This document shows positions 57,471 through 64,000 of a stretch of DNA of 64,000 bases, one piece after another. Origin of the DNA: a virus (lineage: Duplodnaviria; Caudoviricetes); IMG/VR virus record IMGVR_UViG_2687453780_000005, positions 1 through 64,000 of that record; one strand, 5' to 3'. Within the stretch, counting starts at the first letter, position 1; the number at the start of each line of letters is the position of its first letter. The position numbers and the translations under genes were made by a program. The notes beneath the pieces are model-generated. The model saw only the letters and a program-made list of their open reading frames with translations, did no database searches and was not told the origin of the DNA.

Positions 57471-57629
57471 TGTATTATCAAAAGGAAATAGAAAAGGCGG
57501 TCACAGACACCGACCAAAGTATCAGACCACCTTTTCACACAACTTGATATACAAGCGTATAATCATTCTAATACATTTTTATTCGCTTTTCAAGTGCAAT
57601 CGCACACAAATTTCCTTTAAGTAATATCT

Positions 57630-58430
57630 TTTCCAGTCGTGGAACTGGCCACAAAATGAACGGATCACGCAACAGAGACTGAAACGTCCACGGAGCTTGT
57701 GATGGACAGGCCGTAAGGCTATAGCGAACCCTGACAACGCACATATGTAATAACGGTTTTATCTGGAGCAATTGGAGTAGTGTAACCATGTTATAGGTGA
57801 ATCAATTAAGGAGAAAATACTTTTATCCGAAATTGTTACCTTGACAATAGTTGCATGAGGGCAAAGGGATATGAGGACAGATAAATAATTCCTGAAAAAT
57901 ATGAAACTGCGCAATAGGTGTACCCTAACTATACGGTTTCTACCCTAGCTAACTAGTGAATGATGTCACATGGGAGAAACAAGCAGACCTGTGAGAAGGT
58001 GGTCATTGACGGGAGCGAATAAAGCGAATAACCCCACAGAGGAATCATAAGGGAGCATACACCACTTAATTATATTACTTCCAGATAAAGAGACTGGACA
58101 AGCAGAGGACGGAACAACGAGCCTATGAAGCAGTAGGCAACCAAAGAGAACGGAAAGCAAAATCCTATTTGTTATAGGTAATTCAAATTAGTACGGAATA
58201 ACGCAATTAAGATTTATTTGTAGCCATTAAAACATCATTCAGGCATCACAATGACAAGCCCTGAAATATCGTTGATATGGCTATTTTGTTATAGGTTTTA
58301 TCAGTTACACCACGCACGTAAACTAGGCACTATATATCGGTTCTTGGATTGTATACTCCTCAATCCTTATTACTGATTGCGTGTAGTCAAATATATTCAG
58401 AACGTATGAAATCAAGTTGAATATTGGAAG
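57630..58430 (+). ncRNA. Candidate large structured RNA/leader
   Basis: About 1 kb with no credible ORF; nested long-range complements and repeated hairpins. Confidence 0.45.
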
Positions 58431-58554
58431 CTCTTGACAACTACCCATCACGGGAGGCTCTGCTAGACAATCTTTCATTGATTGACTTTTCTTATTTTGA
58501 AATCATTGGCTTTTGTGTGCGTTAGTATCTGATAAAAAACAGGAGGAAAAGGAA

Positions 58555-58782
58555 ATGGAATATTACAATAGCTTGGTTGATCGTATGGTAAGGGAAGCTA
58601 GAAGGTTATTGAGTAATAAGGGGTTAAGTTCAGAAAATGAGGTTATGACGATCTTAAAAGCGGCGCAGATTATTATTGTAACAAATGAAGTATTTGAAAC
58701 ATCTTTCTTTGATGAAAAAGACGATATCATAGACGATATTTCCATTCTATATAAAGAACGATTAAATGAAGCCTTTGTATAA
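58555..58782 (+). CDS. Hypothetical protein
   Basis: MEYYNSL after AGGAGG/AAGGA. Confidence 0.7.
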   Translation: MEYYNSLVDRMVREARRLLSNKGLSSENEVMTILKAAQIIIVTNEVFETSFFDEKDDIIDDISILYKERLNEAFV

Positions 58783-58891
58783 AACAAAATTTAGTATCTA
58801 TTATGCAGATGATTATATGTATATTCTTACATTGTATCGCCTGTATAAGTACTTACTAAAGTGAGTAATATTGCAGAAAGGAAATAAACAT

Positions 58892-59788
58892 ATGAAGGAA
58901 AATGAATTATTAGAAAGCAAGGAATTACGGGAAAAATTAGTTGCTAAAGTGGAAATTTTGGATAAGGTCAAAAAGTTGCTCCTTATTCCTGGCACTGAAT
59001 TAGCAAATGCGCAGCAAGTAGCGGATTTTTACGAGGTAGAGAAGAATACCATTGAAGTCCTTTATTCACGTAACAAAGATGAACTGGACGAAGACGGAAC
59101 AGGACTTGTAAGTTATAAAGATTTTCTAAACTTACAAAATGTCAGTTTAGAGAAAAGCAGAGGTAAGACAACATTCACATTCCAAAGTGGTGAAATTCTT
59201 AATGTTCCAAACAGGGGATTAAAAGTTTTCCCTCGTCGTGCAATTCTCCGCATAGGAATGCTACTTAGAGATTCAGCCATAGCGAAGGAGATCCGCACTC
59301 AATTACTTAATATAGAAGAAAAGACTTCTAATGAAACAAAAACAATGGACATCACAGAGGAACAGACTCTTGCCTTATCCGTCGGCATGGCATACGCAAG
59401 TGGAAACCCTGATGCAATCATGATAGCTACCACTAAAATGATGGACTTTAAAAACCGTCACATAGCAAAACTGAACGAGTCAAACAATGCTCTGGCAAAC
59501 GGTATCCTAGCGTGGGACGATAGGGGACGAATTAATTTTGCAGTCCGTAAGATGGCAGCATACGCACATATCACAGTAGGTAAAGCCTGGAGCGAGTTGT
59601 ACAAGCAATTAAAGAACGGCTTTCATATTGATTTACAGAGCAGAGGAAAACAGCCATGGATACAACACGTAGATGAAAAAGAATGGCAATGCGTGATTAA
59701 AGCATTTTCTGCCTTATGCAAGTATTATGAATTGGAACCTAGCGACATGTTTCATGACTTAAAAATTGAAGAAGAGGTTAAAGCATAA
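58892..59788 (+). CDS. Antirepressor-like DNA-binding protein
   Basis: QVADFYEV and RRAILRIGMLLRDSAIAKEIR motifs. Confidence 0.65.
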   Translation: MKENELLESKELREKLVAKVEILDKVKKLLLIPGTELANAQQVADFYEVEKNTIEVLYSRNKDELDEDGTGLVSYKDFLNLQNVSLEKSRGKTTFTFQSGEILNVPNRGLKVFPRRAILRIGMLLRDSAIAKEIRTQLLNIEEKTSNETKTMDITEEQTLALSVGMAYASGNPDAIMIATTKMMDFKNRHIAKLNESNNALANGILAWDDRGRINFAVRKMAAYAHITVGKAWSELYKQLKNGFHIDLQSRGKQPWIQHVDEKEWQCVIKAFSALCKYYELEPSDMFHDLKIEEEVKA

Positions 59789-59865
59789 GCCGAGGATTTG
59801 TAACCGTAAAAAGTTGCAGATCCATTTTTAGTTAGGAAAGAATATCTAGGAAAGAAGGTGTAATT

Positions 59866-60114
59866 TTGAAAGTAAACATATACACAATAGGCAAGAAAAC
59901 GTTAATCGGAACTTACAATGTAAAATACGTTTATGATTCAAGTTTTTATTTTAGAGGTATGCCTACATTGTCAGCAAAAAGGTGTAGAGAAATACTAAAC
60001 ATCGTATCGCCAAATTTCAAAATCGAATCGGAAACTTTGGTTATTGAAAACGTAGAAACAGGACATACCGGAATACAAAAGATACACAGAGGCGGTACTA
60101 TTTTAAACTTTTAA
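59866..60114 (+). CDS. Hypothetical protein
   Basis: 82 aa, AAGGTG RBS. Confidence 0.65.
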   Translation: MKVNIYTIGKKTLIGTYNVKYVYDSSFYFRGMPTLSAKRCREILNIVSPNFKIESETLVIENVETGHTGIQKIHRGGTILNF

Positions 60115-60148
60115 CAAGCAAATATCCATTTCATAGGGAGGTAGAAAT

Positions 60149-60301
60149 ATGATAAACAAAATTAATAAAATATTAGAGGAAAAGGGAAGTAAATTCAGAA
60201 CTAAGGACGGTTTTACAATTTGCATGTACATCGGTCATTTAACATTTTTAAAAAGAAGTTTTGAAACACAAGAAGAGTGTTTACAATTTGTAAGCAGATA
60301 A
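60149..60301 (+). CDS. Small protein (50 aa, not in ORF track)
   Basis: GGGAGGT RBS; MINKINKILEEKGSKFRTKDG... Confidence 0.65.
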   Translation: MINKINKILEEKGSKFRTKDGFTICMYIGHLTFLKRSFETQEECLQFVSR

Positions 60302-60328
60302 AACGATTATTTTCTAGGAGGTTTGCAT

Positions 60329-60544
60329 ATGAGCAGAGAGCGTAAAGAAAAATGGGCAGTATGCGGCGAATACGGCGGTAATTTTACGAACCTTAAAGAC
60401 GCTAAACAGTGCGCAAAAGAAGCCAGTAAAACTCCAGAACATGACTATGAAGCAAGTGTTACATTGATTGAAGAAGGTGCCCATTACATTGATTATAAAA
60501 ATGGAAAATGTACTCGTGATGGCTGGACTATAAAACACAAATAA
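60329..60544 (+). CDS. Hypothetical protein
   Basis: AGGAGGT RBS; MSRERKEKWAVC. Confidence 0.7.
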   Translation: MSRERKEKWAVCGEYGGNFTNLKDAKQCAKEASKTPEHDYEASVTLIEEGAHYIDYKNGKCTRDGWTIKHK

Positions 60545-60572
60545 AAACCGAATTTTAAAGGAGGACTCCATC

Positions 60573-60926
60573 ATGAGAAAGCAGGAAAATTTGAAGTGTG
60601 AAAAATTACTGAAAAGAGCTATAAGAGTAGCCAAACAGGCAGAAGAAGATTTTTCTCTATCCGAGAAATATAATGTAATTAAAACTATTCATTCATTTGG
60701 AAATGGAGGATCGCAAAACATGGAAAAAGAAATACAAAAATTATTAGAGGAAAACAGTTATTCGGTATCCGATGCAGAGGAAGCTATAAATTTTGTAGCT
60801 GCCTTACTAACAATCAGATTGGAAGATATTAAAAAGAATGAATCATATGCAACTAACAGCATTGATAGGTTAGATAAAGCTGTAACAGAAGTAAATGATC
60901 TACTTTGGTTAGAGGATTTACAATAA
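60573..60926 (+). CDS. Hypothetical protein (internal RBS/ATG at 60720)
   Basis: 117 aa; may be two fused small genes. Confidence 0.6.
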   Translation: MRKQENLKCEKLLKRAIRVAKQAEEDFSLSEKYNVIKTIHSFGNGGSQNMEKEIQKLLEENSYSVSDAEEAINFVAALLTIRLEDIKKNESYATNSIDRLDKAVTEVNDLLWLEDLQ

Positions 60927-61021
60927 CATATTTTATTCCCAGTTTGAAGCCATTAGATCATGTGTCTAGTGGCTTTTATAGTGGGAATAAAATATTCAAT
61001 AATTAAACGGAGGTAATTACA

Positions 61022-62692
61022 ATGTCAAATTATTATAATTATAGGGAAGTTAAAGTGATGATCGCCCATAGGTTGATGGCACTTGATGGTTGGAAAGTAT
61101 ATGACTATTCACCGGATCAGTCAGACAGTATGACAGACTATTATTGTCCTGCCACTTGGGGCGGTGTTGCAGAAAAGAACGGATATGTCCTTTGTGTTGA
61201 CGTTTACGGAGCAAGGGAACCACAGGAAATTAGAAAATACAATCATACAGATTTTTCATATGATAGAAACATAGCAGACAAAATCAAGAAGCTGGAGGCA
61301 ATGACAGTTGAGCGAGGCGCATCTGAAGCAGAAGCGGAAAGTGCAATAGTAATGATTGAACGATTGCAGAAGAAATCAGAAGCAGCAACAGAGAATAAAG
61401 AGAAATATGTAGTTGTTGGTATGATACCAGGACACCAGGCACACCCGAATAAATGTAACTGGCACATAGAAAAAGATGGTATTATTATTGCAAAGGGTAA
61501 CGGGATTCTGAAATATAGTGAAGTTGATTCATATTTCAGTCATGAAAATTACACCAAAGATATGCAGAACTTTAAAAAACAGTCCAAAGATGAGTATATA
61601 AAAAAGAATGTTGATGATTTAATTTATCATAGATATTATTCAGACATTGAAAAGGCTACTAAATCAGCAGAAAGCCACTATGACGACATGATAAATAAAA
61701 GCAAATTAGTGGATCAGTTTAATACATTTATTAATAAGCTAGATACCACTTGCGGAGGTCTTCTTGGAGAAGGTGACGGTACTATATATGAAAAAGTTAT
61801 CGTTACAGAATACAAGAACGAAACAAAGGCCGTAGAAGTGGAGACTGGAGAAATTAAAGAGGGTCAATGTTTTATTCTAAAAACCAGTTTTATGTATGGA
61901 AAATATAAGGGTCTTGTTTACCGCATTCATGAAAGAAAAACGGAAAACGGATCTTATTTTTATGCTTATAAACTCAATGGAAAACTTACAAAAGAGTGTA
62001 CCGGAAGCGCCTCAAGTAATAACAAATGGGGAAGTTTTGGAGAAAGGTTTTTAAAGTGGATTGAAACAGGAGCTATTTCATGGTGTGAACTTAAGGAAGT
62101 AAAAACACCATATGAAGTGGAAAAGGTGGTTAAAAAGTCCATTGGCAATAGCAAGGTGGAGACAAAGAAAAAAGAAACCGCAACTACTACCTCAGAAGGA
62201 GAAGAACAGAGGGTAACTATTTCAACTACGTATACCTATGATATCTCAGAAGACATTGACACAAGAGACAATTCTAATATTTGGGTTGTAAAGGTAAAAG
62301 AGTCATTAAGCAGAGAAGAGTATAAACAGCTTAACCAATCAATGAACGATATAGGCGGATATTATTCACGCTTTAAGCATGGATTTATATTTAAAGAAAA
62401 TCCAGAAGTTTTGTTAAACGTTGAGACGGTTGCAAAGGCCGATGATCCAACAGAAAGTAACCAAGAAGAGAAGAAGGGACCAGAAAAACAGAAACCCGCC
62501 ATTGAATACGATATTACGGAAGATAAAAGTCCATCAGGTAAAATCAACTATTTACTAAAAATCAAAAATGAATTATCTAAAGATGATTTTTCAGAAGTCA
62601 AGCGTAAATTTGCGAAGATACAAGGGTATCATAGCAGCCAAAAGGACGGTTTTATATTCAAGTACAATCCAGCAGAAAAATTGATTATATAG
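61022..62692 (+). CDS. Multidomain early protein with a duplicated C-terminal domain
   Basis: Two GYxSxxKxGFIFK repeats; KIKKLEAM...GASEAEA motif. Confidence 0.7.
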   Translation: MSNYYNYREVKVMIAHRLMALDGWKVYDYSPDQSDSMTDYYCPATWGGVAEKNGYVLCVDVYGAREPQEIRKYNHTDFSYDRNIADKIKKLEAMTVERGASEAEAESAIVMIERLQKKSEAATENKEKYVVVGMIPGHQAHPNKCNWHIEKDGIIIAKGNGILKYSEVDSYFSHENYTKDMQNFKKQSKDEYIKKNVDDLIYHRYYSDIEKATKSAESHYDDMINKSKLVDQFNTFINKLDTTCGGLLGEGDGTIYEKVIVTEYKNETKAVEVETGEIKEGQCFILKTSFMYGKYKGLVYRIHERKTENGSYFYAYKLNGKLTKECTGSASSNNKWGSFGERFLKWIETGAISWCELKEVKTPYEVEKVVKKSIGNSKVETKKKETATTTSEGEEQRVTISTTYTYDISEDIDTRDNSNIWVVKVKESLSREEYKQLNQSMNDIGGYYSRFKHGFIFKENPEVLLNVETVAKADDPTESNQEEKKGPEKQKPAIEYDITEDKSPSGKINYLLKIKNELSKDDFSEVKRKFAKIQGYHSSQKDGFIFKYNPAEKLII

Positions 62693-62704
62693 GAGTGAAT
62701 GACA

Positions 62705-64000
62705 ATGTTTATATCAAATGCAGATTTTTACCCAACGCCAGGGCATCTTATTGAAAAGATGCTCTTTTCTTTGGACTTTAACAGGATCAAAAGTATCTTG
62801 GAGCCAGAGGCCGGGAAAGGGGACATAGTAGAAAGATTAAAGGAAAAAGAAAAGTCTATGTCTGACCGTTGGCAGAAGGTTTCCTTTGACATCGATTGCG
62901 TAGAGCAAGACGAAAATTTACGTCATATTCTCAAAGGTAAAGGATATCGGCTTGTACACAATGATTTTTTAACCTATGAGACTATGAAAGAATATGACCT
63001 TATAATCATGAATCCTCCTTTCTCTAATGGCTGTAAGCACCTTTTAAAAGCCTTAGAAATGCAGAAACGGAACGGCGGTGCTATTGTTTGTTTACTTAAT
63101 GCTGAAACGCTTAAAAATCAGTGTAATAATGATCGGATAATGCTTACTAGGCTGTTAGAGGAATACAATTCAGATATTGAGTATATAAAAAATGCATTTA
63201 CCGATGCAGAGCGAAAGACAGGCGTTGAAGTTGCCTTAATAAAGGTGCAGCTTCCAGTGGTCAAAAGACAATCATTCATCTTTGACGGACTTAAAAGGGC
63301 ACAGGAACAAAGAGAGTGTGAACAAGCAGAAAGCGCCTATTTGGCTGAAAATGATTTGTTTAAATCTATAGTGGGGCAATACAAATTAGAGGTAGAAGCA
63401 GGCATAAAACTGATAAAAGAATACTACGCTATGTATCCTTATATTATGACTTCTTTCGGTAAAGATGAAAAAACTGGCGAGACAGTTCAGAAGGGCGGAT
63501 GTATCCTGGATCTTGATTTGTCAATAAATACTGACAAATACAAAAGTGGTTTGTCTGTAAATGGCTATATCCGGGAAGTACGTGGCAAATACTGGACAGC
63601 GTTATTCCAAAATGAAAAATTTATTGGGCAGCTCACCGGAAACTTGCGGCAAGATTTTTATAATAGACTTGAAGATTTAAAAGACTATGACTTCTCTTTG
63701 TATAATATTTATGAATTAAAAATTGAGATGCAGAAGAAAGTAGTGACCGGGATAGAAGATACTATTATAGCTTTATTTGATGAACTAAGCCATAAACACT
63801 ATTGGGATAAAGATACTTCTAGCAACATTCACTATTATAACGGCTGGAAGACAAATAAAAGCTGGTTTATTAATGAAAAGGTTATTATTCCATTATCCGG
63901 TTGGGATTCAATATGGAACCAATTCAGGATTAACGATTATCAGATTGTAGAGAAGTTGCAAGATATTGAAAAATGTTTCAACTATCTTGACGGTGGATTA
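62705..64000 (+). CDS. Amino-type DNA methyltransferase with DUF4942-like extension (truncated by window end)
   Basis: DFYPTP, LEPEAGKG (motif I) and IIMNPPF (motif IV); no stop seen before the window end. Confidence 0.85.
   Translation, partial: MFISNADFYPTPGHLIEKMLFSLDFNRIKSILEPEAGKGDIVERLKEKEKSMSDRWQKVSFDIDCVEQDENLRHILKGKGYRLVHNDFLTYETMKEYDLIIMNPPFSNGCKHLLKALEMQKRNGGAIVCLLNAETLKNQCNNDRIMLTRLLEEYNSDIEYIKNAFTDAERKTGVEVALIKVQLPVVKRQSFIFDGLKRAQEQRECEQAESAYLAENDLFKSIVGQYKLEVEAGIKLIKEYYAMYPYIMTSFGKDEKTGETVQKGGCILDLDLSINTDKYKSGLSVNGYIREVRGKYWTALFQNEKFIGQLTGNLRQDFYNRLEDLKDYDFSLYNIYELKIEMQKKVVTGIEDTIIALFDELSHKHYWDKDTSSNIHYYNGWKTNKSWFINEKVIIPLSGWDSIWNQFRINDYQIVEKLQDIEKCFNYLDGGL

Larger units (their letters stand above)
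783..64000. mobile_element. Large SPbeta-like temperate prophage (left part, continues beyond window)
   Basis: att at a tRNA fragment; terminase-portal-capsid-tail-tape measure-lysis genes; YonO-like RNAP, HU and a recombinase beside the tape measure gene, an order resembling SPbeta yon/yom. Confidence 0.9.

Noticed and set aside
57600-58450. Group II intron remnant or coding ORFs 57568..57789 and 57966..58160
   Set aside because: No domain V or RT seen; the ORFs are antisense to the early promoter and lack convincing RBSs.
1-64000. CRISPR array or rRNA
   Set aside because: No regularly spaced direct repeats, cas genes or rRNA-like sequence seen.

Overview
The window starts with ~0.8 kb of host DNA (a CAT-family acetyltransferase gene and a displaced 3' half of tRNA-Pro that marks an att site). 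The remaining ~63 kb is the left part of a large SPbeta-like temperate siphovirus prophage, probably from a Lachnospiraceae/Clostridia host, and it runs off the right edge. Layout: a LexA and ATP-dependent ligase module (1-4 kb); the minus-strand late operon (tail fibre, baseplate, tape measure, lysis, tail, head, terminase; 4-42.5 kb); HU, a phosphoesterase, two tRNAs and a YonO-like RNA polymerase (43-54 kb); a long non-coding divergence region; then plus-strand early genes (RelBE-like TA, HTH proteins, antirepressor-like protein, DNA methyltransferase). Four observations stand out. (1) The tape measure gene is split by a predicted 4,238-nt group I intron (19395-23632). It has a complete P3-P8 core, its IGS aligns the two exons in frame, and ~3.7 kb of cargo genes on both strands sit beyond P9, with no recognisable homing endonuclease. 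(2) Within that cargo, a PBECR-type nuclease gene is followed by two covarying, pseudoknotted multi-stem RNAs with their own promoter, a candidate RNA-antitoxin system. (3) A tyrosine-recombinase shufflon carries four interchangeable tail fibre C-termini and uses two site classes that share TAAAT-N4-ATTTA arms. (4) There are long structured non-coding regions and a LexA-box network. All calls come from reading the sequence by eye; no searches or folding programs were run.
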